Below are positions 37,772 through 52,875 of a stretch of DNA of 64,000 bases, one piece after another. Origin of the DNA: Lama guanicoe (taxonomy: Eukaryota); the NCBI GenBank assembly GCA_013239625.1, contig MU054187.1:16694941-16758940 (forward strand), written 5' to 3'. Under the pieces are notes generated by a model. The model was not told the DNA's origin and did no database searches. It worked only from the letters and a program-made list of their open reading frames with translations. The position numbers and the translations under genes are program-made. Position 1 is the stretch's first letter. Each line of letters starts with the position of its first letter.

Positions 37772-39224
37772 TGCCTATAATTTGCTTTTAGTTTCTTACC
37801 AGTTTCATACCCTACTTGAGATCTATATTTTATCCAAAAAGTGTTATTTTTCAAAAATTTGATTTCTCCTTTCTAAAGTACTGCACAGTATGAATAAAAT
37901 GATGAGAGGACTATTAATTATCCAAGACAAAAGCGATAGGACTTGCTTCAGGTGTCATCAGGGACCAGAAAAGAATTAGCCCACCGAGTTGTTTATTTAT
38001 AAAATATAAACCTGGAATCTATGAATCTGTGAGGCATGTCTCTATAAAGAGTGCCATGTAAGCTCTACAACCCCCTGGGGTATAAAATGACAATATTTCA
38101 TGATTTAAATGCTCCCAGCTGTATTTTTGAGAACTCTGATTATTCCAGGCCGGAGAGGTGTGTTTTTGACACAGGGAAGGACACAGGGAGACACCCTCGA
38201 TCTTCAGGCTTCCTTCTGCTTTGTGTTTGCTAGTTGTTTATGTCCTTGAAATTATTAGCAAAGCTTGAGATGAGGTTAAGATCTCTGACTTACATGCATC
38301 TAATTTCACAATCGGCTTTTATGGGTTATTCCAGAACTCACGTAATAATCAGGTTTAAAAATAATTTACCTGGACATTAGTGAATAAACTAAGAAAATGC
38401 CCCAAATTTTATCCAGTTGTAAGCAAAACAGCTCAGGAAAGCTGGTGTGAATAGACAGGTGGGGAAGAATGAAGCTGTCTTCTACCTGTGCCCTTCTAAG
38501 TCCAGAATGTTCAATAAGCCACATGTAATATTTATTTGTGTACGTGCATTTTATTCTCTGTTAGACTGTCCTCTCCTTTGTCACAGCAAACACGCCTTCA
38601 TTTTTATGGTGTTACTTTCCATTACATTAAATTGGATATGGAAAAATTTGAAGTGTTGCATGGGGAAGAGAATAAATTCATTCCAACCTTGATATGGGGC
38701 AATTCTAGTAAATATTTAAAATATTCGATGTTTATTCACAGGGTGGGCCTATAGTTAAAAATTACAATGTAACAAATACCATTCTTTTAAACATGCTCTT
38801 TATACTGCAAGATTTCCAAGGCCCAGACTGACTTATTTCAAGCAATATTCTTTTTAAAACACAATGTCAGTGTAAGTATTTTTGGGAACTCCGTGAAGTT
38901 AATTACTTACAACTGGATTTGAATTGTGCAGATAATTTATATGGAAACATCATTATATTAGGAATTACTTGAATCATGGTAGGAATATAATTTATTAGCC
39001 TTGTGACCTATGAAAAGTGTTCATTTTGACTACTTTTGTGGCTCCCTGAATTACAATATCTTAATCTCTATCTATAAACTGTGAGAAATAGTGGTTGCTT
39101 ACTTTAGTTACATAATAAATCCATCCAGTGCATGTTTATCAAGTGTCTAATATGCAGCAGAATGGTAACTCTGTGTCATCTCTGAAGATCCAGTTCTATG
39201 CCTTTCCTTATTCACTTTCTTTGA

Positions 39225-40215
39225 TGACTTTTAAAATCGACTTTATTAAGGCATATATCACATACCCAAAATGCACCCAATCTGAGTGTACAGTTCGATG
39301 TGTTTTTAACACCTGTATCCCTAGCGAAACATCCTAGCGAAACATCCTAGCGAAACAAGCATCCTGATCAAGCTACTGAACATCTTTATCTCCCCAGAAC
39401 GTTCCCTGGAACACTTTGCAGTTAATTCCCAGCCTCCGCCTCCACCTCAGGCAACCACTGATTTCTGTCACTAGATGTGTTTCCCGCCCTAGAACTTCAT
39501 ATAAATGGAATCGTCAAGTGTGCAGTCTTCCTTATCTAACTTTCTTGCTTAGCATAGTATTTTCGAGATTCATTCATGTTGTTGCTTGCGTCAATGGTCC
39601 TGTAATGACCGAGGGGTCTTCCGTTTTATGAATACCCCACAATTGTTTATCTATTCACCAGTATAAGACATTTGGGTTATATGAGATTTTGACTATTATG
39701 GATAAGAGTATCAACATTTGTGTACAAATATTTTGTTGACATTTATATTCATTAATTTTTTTGTAATACCTAGGAGTGGAATTTCTGGGTCATATGCGAA
39801 GCATATATTCAGCCTTAAAAGAAACAACCAAACAGTTCTCCAAATGACTGTACCATTTGGTGTTCCCCAAAGCAGTATGTGAGAGCTCCTGCCACACCAC
39901 ATTCTTATCAATATTTTATACCATCAGTATTTTAATTTTTGCCATTTTAGTGGGTGCATATTGACACCTCATTTCTGGTCTTCAGGCATCTTCTTCATAA
40001 TTAAAATATTTAGTATCTTTTCATGTACTTATTAACCTTTCATATGTCATCTTTGATGAAGTGTCTGGTAAAATCATTGGCCCAATTTTTTTTTTAATTA
40101 AATTGGGTTGTCCTCTGCTTTCTGAATTGTAGAAATGACGGATATTTGGGATATTGGTCTTTTGTCAGATAGATGTATTTTGAATGCTTTCTCCCCAGTT
40201 GATGTCATGCTTTTT
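39225..40215 (-). mobile_element. L1 (L1MB/L1ME-type) 3' end
   Basis: Typical L1 3' UTR and ORF2 end in reverse: caggcaaccactgat, agaacttcatataaatggaatc, atacctaggagtggaatttctgggtcatatg. Confidence 0.9.
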
Positions 40216-40589
40216 TTTTTTAATTTGTAAATTTTTAGATAATAAATGAGCTACCTAAATCCAGTATCCATTATTCCATCATAGCTGGAACTAGATGCCC
40301 CTTAAATGCCTTCATTGTTGTATTTTGAATGATAGGTAGCATTCAGTGTCACCATGAATTTTCTCAATTTTCTGGGACCATCTTGGTAGGTGAATACTGG
40401 TGTGTGTATCCGTGTTTACTTGTAAAAAGACACTGGTGAAAGGAACAGTTTGTCCTATTTCCCTGATGTGTTATATAATTGATTCATGTATGATCTTATA
40501 AACTGGCCCCATGGTCAGATTGAAATTGTTGTTCTATATATGTGCAGTATTTAAATAAGCTATATATAGTTACATATATATATAGTTTT

Positions 40590-40628
<39 letters not shown>

Positions 40629-42511
40629 TATTTTTGTGTATCTAGTTTTATTTTTGTTTTCAAGGAGCATTCATTTGTGTGAAGTATATCAGTTTGTCTT
40701 CACAATCTGTTTGAGAGAGAGGTTAGTTCAGGTGAGGACAATATTGTACTGATGAGGAAGTAAGTCCACAATGAAAATATGTGTTTCTTGTTCATAGCTT
40801 TATGAAAGTGGAAGGAGGTCACATTTAAGCCTTTCCCCCAATTCCAGTGCTTTTTCTGCTTTAAGAGACTGATGCCCACCCATGAAGAGAGAAATAATGT
40901 TTTATTTTAAAAGATGACATAAGAGAGGGTGTTCAGAAATAGAGATCAGGAAATGGTGTAACATATTAGATCGCTAAAATAGAAATAGAGTCGATAGAGT
41001 TGATAGGTAGAAACATAGTGATGCTTTTATTAATATCAAATATAGTGGATGCATAGACAGTGGCAACGTGTAGCTTCTTGGACTAGTCGCATCTGTTTTT
41101 TGGTTAAAAAAAAAAAGTAGGATCATGAGGCTATTTTGTCTCCTCTGTGTTTACCAGTCCTTTGACTCTTACATAGATACTGGTTGAAATGGGTGGTGGG
41201 GAGAAGTCTGCTTCTTGGTTTGTTTTTTAAATAGTTGTTAACAGTGATGACAGTTAATTTTTGTGGACTACCTACACAAAATGCTTTCAAATTTTTTTCA
41301 TATTGTAAAGATATCTTGTAAGAATAATTGTTGGCGTAATAACTCCAGGGTACATATATTTTAAAGATAGTTTCGAGAACACAAAAAAATCACTGTGTGG
41401 TAATTGGGAATAATTCCAAAAGCAATATAAAAACACATTACTTTCACCTATATTTACAAGCACTAATATAGGAAAATATATTAAACCAAATCTTTGGGGA
41501 CTTAAGTAACATTATGTGTTGTGTACTCAATGTTGGAATAAGTGTTTACAGATTTTTCTGTATTGGACTTTGATTTTTTTTTCTTGCACATTTTGAAGCT
41601 TGCTTGATTATGAACGTGTACGTTAAGTTGGGCATTTGATTCATGCTTAATGGGGAGGTTTTATTTTTGATGGCCTTCCTTTTACCTTTCAGTGCACTAA
41701 ATAATCCTCTACTTCTAGGCTACGTCACTTTACAAAGCCTGCTAACCTCAGGGTTGACAAGAGTTTTTATTTCTTCTTAACCAACCACATATACCTTACA
41801 TATTGGCGTTTTAATGAGGTAACATACTGCTATATATTCAAGTGAGGGAAGGCAATTTCCTTTTTGGTGGGCGGCTTTCTTTCAAAGATCTGATTTAATT
41901 TTTTTTACTTGATTCAGTTTTGAAAAGAAATATGATGCAACCTTTCTCATTTTATACATGAAGAATGATTTCCTGGAAAATTCAGTAGCAAATGCAATTA
42001 TTTCTGGCTTTCAACAAGGAAGATCTTTACTTCTTGGACTATTTTACATGAATACTAGTTTTAAGGATTTTTTTTATTTCTTTTTTTTTAATTCAGAAGA
42101 TATATCATTCCCTTTGATATCAATCTTAGTCCAAAATTTGAATTATTTAAGAATATTTAGATTTAAGTAGAGTTATATGCTCAGTTTTCTAGTGTTTAAA
42201 ATAGTAGTCTTCTCTCAAAGACTGTGAGAAAGAGTGTTATTGGTACCATATTTTCCCAGGACTGTTAACCATATTGATAACAATTTTAAAACTTGTATGC
42301 TTTATAATATAGCAATTCTAGGAAACCATCTAACAGGTATTTGTTTAAGTATACAAAGTTACTTTTAAAGGAAATGCACTGCAACATTATCTGGAATATT
42401 TAAAACAAGGTAAACCACCTGTATGGATGCTCCATGGGGGCGGGGACTCTGATCTCCCTTGTGAGTCAGTGATTAAACAGGGCCTACGATGCAGTGGGAA
42501 CTCACTCATTA

Positions 42512-42700
42512 TTTATTTAATTTGTTAAATATATTTCCAAGCATTTTATTCTTTTTGCTGCTGTTATGAATGGAATTGTTCTCTTAATCTCATTTTCAGA
42601 TTGTACATTGCTCATACATAGAAACACAACTGATGTTTGCACATTAATCTCACACGCTGACTTGTACCACATCAGTAAAACTATTTTATGTATTCTGTTT
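42512..42700 (-). mobile_element. L1 ORF2 fragment
   Basis: The - strand translation contains INVQTSVVFL...ENEIKRTIPFITAAKRIKCLEIYLT, matching L1 ORF2. Confidence 0.85.
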
Positions 42701-44033
42701 TTCTTAGATCCTCTTCCCATAAGATCAACTGTCATGAGATTTTTAAACAATCTGTAAAAATAAATCCATCATTATTTATTAAAATAATACATGCCCATTT
42801 AACAGAGTTACCAAGACAGAGAAGTGCAGGGAGAAACACAGAAATCAGCAGCCTTATTTAACTGTGAGTCTAACTTTGTGTCTGTGGGTGCACGTGTACT
42901 GATGTGTGTCTGATCACAGAAAGAGATTTTGTTTTACGCAATTGAACAGTTTCATCTTTTTGTGTAAATAACATTAGTTTCACATTATTAATTTTAGGAC
43001 TGCCTGATATCCTACATACTATAATTTATTTAATATAATATAATTTATTTCATTATCAGATAACACTAAGTTAAAACTCACAGCCACTATAAATAAGACT
43101 AACATGAATATTCTCCAGTGAATAACTTTGAGAGATAACCTTGTTTGATGGTTCTTAGGAGAAAAATTTCTCAGAATTCTGTTTTTGGGCCACGACATGC
43201 TCATGCACTACCCCAGGATCCTGTAGAATATTTTCAATACTTTACTTTCACATCAATATGACATGAAAATTTCCATTTTCCTACATCCCGGCTAATGCTG
43301 TTTTTTTTTTTCTTAAATTTTAAACCATTTCAAACATATCTTAATCATTTACAATCTATTCCGAGTTGTCAAAGACATCAGCTACCTGGTTTTCCTTAAT
43401 CCAAAAAAGAAAGAAAAGGGCAAATCAGACAGGCAACAATTTTCCTACAGGTGTTATCTTGAAACCACGGGATTCAGAATTTTAAGGGCCATTAGTGGTT
43501 CTTTTTCCACCTCAACTGTTAGGAAGAAATTATTTTCTACAGCAACCCTGACAGATAGCTGTCGGATTTTTATTGACTATCCCAACTGAAAGAGAACCTC
43601 AGGCAAATACATAATTAGATATTTTAAATTATTAAAACAGTTTTTTTTTCTTGTCTTGGGTGAAAATCTATCCTATGAGATTCTACCAATGGATCAGATT
43701 TGTTTCTGAGGTTATGCAGCTGTTTTTTTTCCACTGCTTCTTTCAGATTAGAGGTCTTTATATGTGAGAAGACATTCATTGTGTCTCCCATTAGTTACCT
43801 GTTTCTGGAAATTTTCTAGCATAATTTAAAAATTATGAGACTCAGTTTCTGTGGACTTCAATTTGGTAAATCACCCTAAACCCTGTTTTACAAACTGTAT
43901 TTTCTACCTTTGCTATGTGTTGCTAATAGGTTTTAGGAGTTTGGTAGTTTTTACATGTAATCTGGACATACTTAAATAAAATAAGGTAGGATTTTGAAGG
44001 GGGCAAAACATTAAAAGATTATCAATTATTGAA

Positions 44034-44124
44034 AAAGAATATATGTATGTATAACTGAATCAGTGCGCTGTACACCAGAAACTAACACAACATTGTAAAT
44101 CAGCTATACTTTAATAAAAAAAAA
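44034..44124 (+). mobile_element. Short artiodactyl-type L1 3' tail
   Basis: tatgtataactgaatcagtgcgctgtacaccagaaactaacacaacattgtaaatcagctatactttaataaaaaaaa. Confidence 0.9.
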
Positions 44125-47100
44125 CAATTAAAACTTTTTGGAATAATCTGACTATCTGCAATTTAGGACAAAAGCAGTTTTTCCCATCTGGTTAGCTCTG
44201 TGCATAGCAAAAACAGAAAGTGAACGAGGTTCCTGTCTGGTAGAAGTACTTCAAACTTGTATGCTGCCTTGCAAATTATATGTTAAAATCGTAAGCGTGT
44301 CATCTGTTTGTATTTTTAAAAGGATATGCAGAAAGTCAGATAAAACAGTAATTCTTCAATTTTGTATTTTTTTTCCCTTGAAAACATGTCATATAACCTT
44401 AGGGATATAGACAAGCTCATTTGAAGTATTCATTGGCTTTGCTCACAGTGATTTTATTGACTTTAGTATATAGTATGTTAATAATTAATAGCATTAAGTG
44501 TATATTTCGTTGTGACAAGATGACTAAAGAGTAAGTCTATATCTTCATTTCTGTGAAAGCATTTTGAAGATTTTTGGTTTTTGGTCTTCAAAAAAAGGAA
44601 GAAAAATATCTGAACTGTCAATACAAAATGCATAAATATTTATAAATACTTAGGTTCTTCTTTTTAGTTGTAATACTAGACTTAAGCAGGATTGGATGAA
44701 TAGTAATGTGAACTGTAACAGCCTGTGGCTTTTTGACCCATACTGTATTGTAATTACTATTTTTTGGCCAAGGCGACTCTATGCCTCATGGCCTCATTGA
44801 AACCTTCTTTCAGGTCTTATTAAAGTTAAAAAATAGGCAATAAATATAGCACAAGGTAAATGTTAACATTTTCATCCAAACTGGACACATTACCACCTTT
44901 CTACTCATTGTTCATTTACTTTTAAGTGTCTTCAATGGGCAGATGATACTCTTTCTTTTTCATACATGAATGATGAATATATTTCATACTATTTCACATT
45001 TTGACACTGCTTCTCATTACAATTTTTCTTTTCATATTATGCATTTGATGGGAAGTCAATTTTTCTGTATATGATAGATTCCATCATTTGTTCAGGAATG
45101 TATCTCTTGGCAGTGAATATATTACAATAGCACATCCCAGTGGTTTGAACAGAAAGAACTCAGGCTCTAATCTAGACCCAGGCTCTGTGTTTATCTGTTT
45201 CTCAAATGGACACTCTACTCATGAAAAATAAATATTCCTAAGTAATTCTTACATTATTAGTTCCCCGTCTCAAACCCTAACAAAACTGGAAAAAAATGTT
45301 CTTTCTTACAAATCTTTAAGTGTGCATTATTTATAAGAAATTTTCCATTTAATAATAGGCATATGCATTAATATTTCATTATTCATTAATCCTACCAGAT
45401 CATGTTTGGGATGGCAAAAACCTGAATGCTTTTTAAATATTATGAAGTATTTTGGCACAATTCCTTTTTATTGGTCCTTTCATTTCATGGTGTGAAAGAG
45501 GCAGAGAAGCAATAGATTTGTCATAAAAGTGAAGAAGATGAGAATGAGAATTTCAGGATGTGGAGCTCATATATTGTTATTAAACTAGATTGAACTAAAA
45601 ATAATCAGTTGCTCATACAGTCTGAGCATGGAGGAATCAAGTTCATCTGAGGCTGTTTGAGAATCACATGAACTTCTCAAACATTCTTATGATGTTTGTA
45701 ACATCCTATTTTAAAGTGTTTCAATTTATTTTTATTAATCAGCTTCTTATTAAGTCTAATGCAGGCTAAGAATTTTTTTTATCTGCTAAAGGATTTTATG
45801 TCAATTTACTGAAACAAATTAACCAGCTATTATTCGAGCATTTTATACCTGTTATTTTAAGATATAAACCTTTGAGTTTTTCTCCTTAAAAATTTTGCTG
45901 GTTTTAAATTATCTAAAATAATTATTTTAGTATCCTTCCTTCCTGTTATTCTCCTCTCTCTATCCACCCAGGAATGGGGCTTCTATTAAAGCATTCTTTT
46001 CCAATTCTCATTCTTGAAAGATACCAAAACAACAGAAGAAATGATACATAGATTGAAAAAAGAGACATGCCGCTTTGTCTTCCATGACACTAGAAATAGC
46101 TTCACATGTGATTCGGCTCAAAACTCTTCTCTGAGATGACATGCTAACCTGCTCCCCAGGTTTCAGTTACTTCTGCTTTTCCCCCTAATTCCCACCTTTT
46201 GATAAGAAATATTTCCCAAAGTGTATCTTCCATGCCACCTGTCTTATCTACTTTGTGTATCTTTGGGCAGATGGAATTGTTAACAAGGCAAATCAAGTTT
46301 TAAGTTGCCTCACTAATAACCAATAGAAATTCCAGCTGATGACTAAGAAGTTGAAATTTTCATATCCCTATTATATTTTGGCTGTGTTTTGCCATCTTGC
46401 CTCTGTAAGTTTTGTAAAGCTGTCAGAGATGCACCATTTCATTGTGCCTATTTGGCTACAGAAAATGAGGGTACACTTCCACAGTTACCTTTTTGTTTTT
46501 CTTTTTATTCTCTCTTCTTATAATCTCTCCAATTTGCTTCTACTATCAAGATTGTTAATAAAAACTCACAATACCATCCTCAAAATACTGGGTTCCTTTG
46601 CTTCCCCATTTCAAGTGTTTATCCCCAGTTATCTTTATTATTTTGCTTAGTTTTATTTTTTTCAGGACATAGCTTTCTGCTAATAACTTTCCATTTTAAA
46701 GCATTCTACACAGTGGGGAAATCGATGAGAAATATCTATTCCCTTTTCTTTAATAAAACAATATAATAATGCCAGTTAATTTAAACTCTCAGTATATTTA
46801 GTTGTGATCAGAGATGGTGAGCATTATTTTTGAATCCGTCATCCTTTTCTTTTGTATGCATCACTGAGTACTTCCTAACATGCTCATCCCTCCTCCACTT
46901 TTATTAGTCTTCCACCAGACCCTCTCTCTTTATAATTATTTGGGAGCTATTTTCATCATATCAGCTAACTTCTGAAGAAATGAGCCCCAGTCTGAAAAAG
47001 ATCCCATTGCCTTTGTGTCATTCTTCTCATACTTCCTTGGCAATTATAACTCTACGATTCCAGAATCTCGACAAAACCATTTGACTTTTTCATCTCATTT

Positions 47101-47471
47101 CATGCAGATTTTGAAGCTTCTGACTGCCGTCCTTTTCAACTCTACCGTCTTACTATTTACAGTCGGGAAACAGATTTCTTTCAGTTTGCCACTAAATTTT
47201 AAATTCAATTCTTCTCCCCAGATCTAGTATAAACTGAAAGGTGTATTTTGTTACTTAAAAGCTCTTTTCATTTATTCTGCAATCCTAATGAAATATGGAC
47301 TAATAGCCTTTGAGTAAATAATTTAAGTCACTAAACCTTGCTTTCTTCATGTATAAACTGAGGATTTAAAAACAAAATCCTATCACTAGAAGTACTTCCT
47401 TTAGGATAAAATACAAAGGAGCCTTATGCTAGACTTGTTATGGTTGATACACAATTCCATCATATTTATCA

Positions 47472-48980
47472 ATTTCTTTTTAAAGTAGCAGCTTAATTGA
47501 GGTATAATTTACATATAAAATTCACTCTAAAAATATGCAGTTCAGTCCTTTTTAGTATATTCACAAAGTCAATCAACTTTCTTCACTAATTTTAAAATAT
47601 TTCATCACCCCAAAAAGAAACTCCATTCCATTAGCAATTATTCCTCATTCTCCCCTCCACTCAGCTTCTGACAACCACTAATATACTTTCTGGTTCAGTT
47701 GATTTGCTTATTCTGGATATTTCATATAAATGAATCCTGGAACACATGGTCTTTTGTAACTGTCTTCTTTCATTTAGTACATGTTTTCAAAGTTCACATT
47801 GCAGCACGTGTCTGTCTTTTATTCCTTTTAATGGCTGAATAATATTCCATTACATAAATACACTACATTTTGTTTATCCATTCATTGGTGAATAGACATT
47901 TAGGTTGCTTCCACTATTTGGGTTATTATGATAACCCAACACTCTGAACATGCTCTCTGAACATTTGTGTACACATTTTTGTGTGGACATATGTTTTTAT
48001 TTCTCTTGGGATGTAGCTAGGAATGGAATTGTTAGGTCATATGATAACTCTATGTTTAACATGTTAAGAAACCATCAAAATGTTTTCCAAAGTGCAACAC
48101 TTTATAATTCAACAAACAATAAATGAAGGTCCCAATTTCTTCTCATTCCCACCACCATTTATTGTTATATGCCTTTTAAAAATTTTAGTCCTCCTAGAAG
48201 TGATATTTCATTATGGTTTTGATTTGTAGTTCCCTCATGATTAGTGATGCTGAAGATTTTTTTCATATACTTACTGAACATTTGCATAACTTCTTTGGAG
48301 AAATATCTGTTCAAATCGTGTGCCTGATTTTTAAAATTAAGTTGTCTTTTCATTGTTAAGTTGTAAGAGTTCCTTCTATATTCTAGATAAAAGTTGCTTG
48401 CCAGATATGTGATTGTAAATATTTTCTCTCATTCCATGAGTTGTCATTTTATTTTCTTATGTTGTCCTTCAAAGCATAAGCTTTTAAAAATTTGATGGAT
48501 TCCAGGTTATTTATATTTTCTTTTGTCCATTGTGCTTTTGGTATTATTTCTAAGAACATATTCCCTAATCTAAGTTTACAAATATTTACATCTATAATTT
48601 CTTCTAAGAGTTTTATAAGTTTAGCTCTTACGTTTGCATCTCTGATCCATTCTGAGTTAATTTTTGTAGAAGGTATGAGATAAAGATCCAACTTTGTTCT
48701 TTCTCTTTTTTTTGTCATGTAGATATCTAGTGTCCCAGTACCATTTGTTGAAAAATTCTTCTATCTCCATTGAATTGTCTCAGCACCCTGTTTTGAAATC
48801 AATTGACCATAGATGTATGGATTTAGTTCTGGACTCTTAATTTTATTTGATTGATCTATATATCTATCCTTATGCTAGTACACTGTCAATTTTGGTAGCT
48901 TTGCAATAAGTTTTGAAATAATGTGCCACCCTTCTAACTTTGTTCTTCTTTATCAAGATGGCTTTGGCTATTCCAGGTCC
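47472..48980 (-). mobile_element. L1MB-type 3' portion (ORF2 C-terminus and 3' UTR)
   Basis: The listed ORFs 48165-48353 and 48449-48718 give L1 ORF2-like peptides (KLDLYLIPSTKINSEWI, DLNRYFSKE), followed by a typical 3' UTR. Confidence 0.92.
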
Positions 48981-51649
48981 AATAATTGCTTTCAAATGTG
49001 GTAAATATGCTTTAGAATCACTAGTTCTTAAGTAGAATTCAGTTACTATTGTTGTAAATTGTGGCTTCTTTTTTTAAATTTGCATTTTCTTCAGTTATTA
49101 GCACCTTACTAGAAATTCATACAATTTCCACATATGTGGGCAAATTAATTGTTAACTTCGCATCTCATGAAACATAATACTGGCTTTATATTGTTGAAGG
49201 TCTCATCTCCATGCTTGATTTGAGTATTGAGATTTGCCCAGAAGAGCCACCAAGTACATGTTGCTAGTGTAGAACATCTATGATTATGACACAGCCTTTT
49301 CCATGTTGTAGGAATACAGGGTGAGAAGTAAAACCAACTGGTTGGATTCTACTTGGCGATGGTCTTAGTAATGGTCTAGCCTCAGACTTCTCGGTAAAAA
49401 CAGTACTCTCTCCTTGTCATGGGGAATTCATTATTACAAATTTTCATCATTGTTTAATTCTTGCTTTTAATATGAATTATTTTTAAAACTTTATCTAAAA
49501 CTGATGTCTGTATTTGCACTAGACACACGTATTAACTAGATAAACTGTCTGCAGGTGCCCCAAGTTCAGAAACCCAATCCTGGAGATTAAAGAGGACATT
49601 TAACAAACAGTAAAAAAATTTTAGACTTTCTAAGAGAAATCTTGAGCCTCAGAAAACACGTGATATTTTACAATTACTTGAAAACTATTTTCTGCCATTT
49701 AAGGAAATAAAATGACCAAGGCAATGATAAATATCCCAGAATAGCCCATATGTGGTTTTATTTTGCCTTTGTATCTGGTGTTGTGATTGCCATCAGAGGA
49801 CTTTTGCTATCTTTAACAACACAGAATTGATTTTCTAAATGAAATGCATCACAGAAAAAGTGTCTACTGAATAATTTTAATAACAATTTATGGAGCTATC
49901 CTGGGACAAGCAGTCCTCTAATGCTTATTTGCCCTTGAGATTTAGAAGAAATCGTATCTCTAGTGCTCATAATAAGGAGCTAATTTAACTGAGTTCAAGT
50001 TAGCTGTGAACAAATGGATTAACAAGCACCTTATTAAAATTTTAATTTACATTTCATTTATCACAATTAATAGAATCAACTTTGTTGTTTCAGGGTGGCA
50101 AAAAGCATTAATTTCCAAGCATAACTTTAGGTACCATTAATCTCAGATGTTTTTATTGTTGGTTTTCATAGTTACCGTAATTTTGCACCCTATGTAGCAT
50201 GGAAATATGACACATAACATAAAATTTTGCTGTTAAAGACCATTTAATTATTCAACAAATTAAAAACATTTATATTTGTATAGCTTATGAATTTTCTTGC
50301 CACTGTAGAATGTTTAATTAAGGTAATTTTAGATCTTTGGTCCTTTCAGGATATAATTTAGCTAGTTATGTATTCCTGTGTCTGGAGAAATAGTCTAGAT
50401 CTCCATTAATAATGTTTTCACTTAGGTCTTTACTACTGATCCAATGTTTTTCCCTTTGTCTTGTAAGAATTTCTGTTATTTGCATATGACAATATTTTGA
50501 TCGCATTTGTTGACAAAGATTCAAGTGTTTATTGGTAATATAAGAAAACTGCTATGTAGTCAGGAAAAAATGATTCTACATATGACAGTATTTACCGTAA
50601 CACCGACAAACAAGGGGCTGATGGAAAAATGTTGGCATACACAAGTGTTAACTTTAACAGGGAAAGAGAAATACTTGAAATCATTGTGCATATTAAAAGG
50701 TTTTCACTCAGTCCTGCCCCTAAAGCAAATTGGTTGATTACTTGAACAGGATTGAAAGGATAGTCTAACCTTTTACTTTTGATCTGTCTTTAAAATTGAT
50801 TTATAATTATAATCCTTGAACTCTGCTGGTTCTTATGAAATAATTGATGGCTTTGATCCATTTTTATAATGCCAATCATGAGGACTTGGTGTACTTGAAG
50901 GCACAACTTTAATCACATTATAGATTTCTGCATAAGGAAAGACATAAGTTTGTATAGAAGGGCCTGAATTCTGTTTTCAGAATTAGTATCATGTCAAGAT
51001 ATTTTTTCAGATTATATCATCAAAATAGTGAAAAGTAACATTTCCTTAAAATGAGACAAGTGATCTAATTTTAATGACAGCTACTGTGACTGTCAGGCAC
51101 CCAGATATAGTTTATAATGCTTAGTAATTACAGCAATCTTTCTTCTCTTTTACTAATTATTTCAAGAAAAAGAAGTAAAAGCTTTAAGAATGGGCACAAA
51201 AGGCAGCTATATTGGATCTTTTTTGTAAAGCAAATAGCTTTCAAATCATTCCATTAGCTGTCATCAGAGTACAAAAAGAATTAATCAAAAGTGACACCAA
51301 TTTCAAGGCCCTGCCAAAATCTCATGAGAAAAACAATCCCTTCATAAAAAGAGAGAAATTAAGGGTACTGTCTCTGATTCCATAAAGGGATTTCATTTTC
51401 TCCCCTGTGCACCCACATTTGTATTATAGAAAATTATGTATAAAATGTATGTTTTGAATTCTTCTGGTGCATTTATTGCAAGGAACTAATATGTTAGTTA
51501 AAGTGAATCAATACATTCATGTACATTTTGTTTTTTCCTGAGTTATTCTTTATTGTTCAATCAGCATCTTTGTTGATTTTTGTATCTTTGTTTGCTTATT
51601 TTCTTGATTTTATCCAAAACAGTCATGGTTTCTCTTGACTGTCTGACTC

Positions 51650-52192
51650 TGCTGAAATTGAGAAGGGTCTGAGATTTTTTTTTTTTACTTGGAAATGAAG
51701 AATGTAGCCTGTGGCAGTGTAGTGTAGGCTCACAGAAGACACAGACTCCTAGGTCTGAGACAAAGACCTTTATGTCTCCGGGCACGGTGAGCAGTGTGAG
51801 CACTGGTGTATTTGCACCCGCTTTCCTTGGCCCCTAGTTCCCCGGTGCAATATGAATGAGCCCAGAGGGATGCCAGTCTGTGCTCTGTGTGGGACAGGAG
51901 ACTCAGAGAGGAACCCAGAGTTTAGGAAACCTGAATCTTTATAACAGGCAGTGTAATATGCCCTTTGCTCTGGAGGGAGACACATCTCTACCTCTCAAGA
52001 CTGTAAGCAAACCTGTCTTTTGCTCTGAAGGGGGACGCTCTATTTCCCAAGGCTGTTTGTTATACAAACATCCTTGAAAAAAAATAGCCTGGAACAAAGT
52101 GTAATTAGTGGCTCAAAGGAAGGAAAGTCAATGCCTCATTTCACAAGACGTGCAGAAATATGAGAAACTCCTGGAGAACTGTCTTCCCCACA
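51650..52192 (-). mobile_element. LTR40-like ERVL solo LTR
   Basis: The reverse strand begins tgtggggaagacagttctcca and ends aatctcagacccttc...gca. Perfect 5-bp TSD GACTC at 51645-51649 and 52193-52197. Confidence 0.88.
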
Positions 52193-52726
52193 GACTCTAA
52201 AAATTCATCTTTCTTTGCAAACTTGGACATTTTGCCGGGACCTGTATCCATGTTAATTGCTCAGTATGCTATGCCAGTTAGTCAGCATTCTTGCTTAGAA
52301 ACATGCATTTTGATCTTATTATGCTGTGGTATGATTATCATATGACTCATCAGTGATGGAAGGATATGATCGCCACCTTAAAGTGGGAGCAATTCTTATT
52401 TCTCTTCAATTACCTATAATCATCCTTGGAAAATTGTATGAAAAGACTCACTCTACACTGGTGTGTCACTTAATTACACATCAAGAGTGACACAAAAAAT
52501 TCAAAACATTCTATAAAGTTAAAAAAAAAATAAATCAATGAACCAAGACACTTCTCCTCCAGTATTGCCAAAACCGAGTAACCGAACCTCACTAGATCTT
52601 CCAGTTTCCTACTTGAGAAAATTGTGGGGGCCCTGCGGATCTGCTGGTCAGTCTGCTCCAGGCCGTCTGCATGGTTTCTCCTTTTTCCAGTTCTTGGTGC
52701 TCATCCAGTCCATTCCATCCCTTGGC

Positions 52727-52875
52727 TTTTTTTTTTTTTTTTCCTTTGTAGGGGGAGGTAATTAGGTTTATTTACTTAGGTTTTTTTTCTTTTTTATTGG
52801 AGGTACTGGGGATTGAACCCAAGACCTTGTTTATGCTAAGAATGTGCTCTGCCACTTGAGCTAAACCCTCCCTCC
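52727..52875 (-). mobile_element. Camelid-type tRNA-derived SINE (vic-1-like)
   Basis: Poly-T, then gggggaggtaattaggtttattt...ggaggtactggggattgaacccaagacc...ccacttgagctaaaccctccc. Confidence 0.92.

Noticed and set aside
48165..48718. ORFs with protein-like composition
   Set aside because: Fragments of decayed L1 ORF2, not a host gene.
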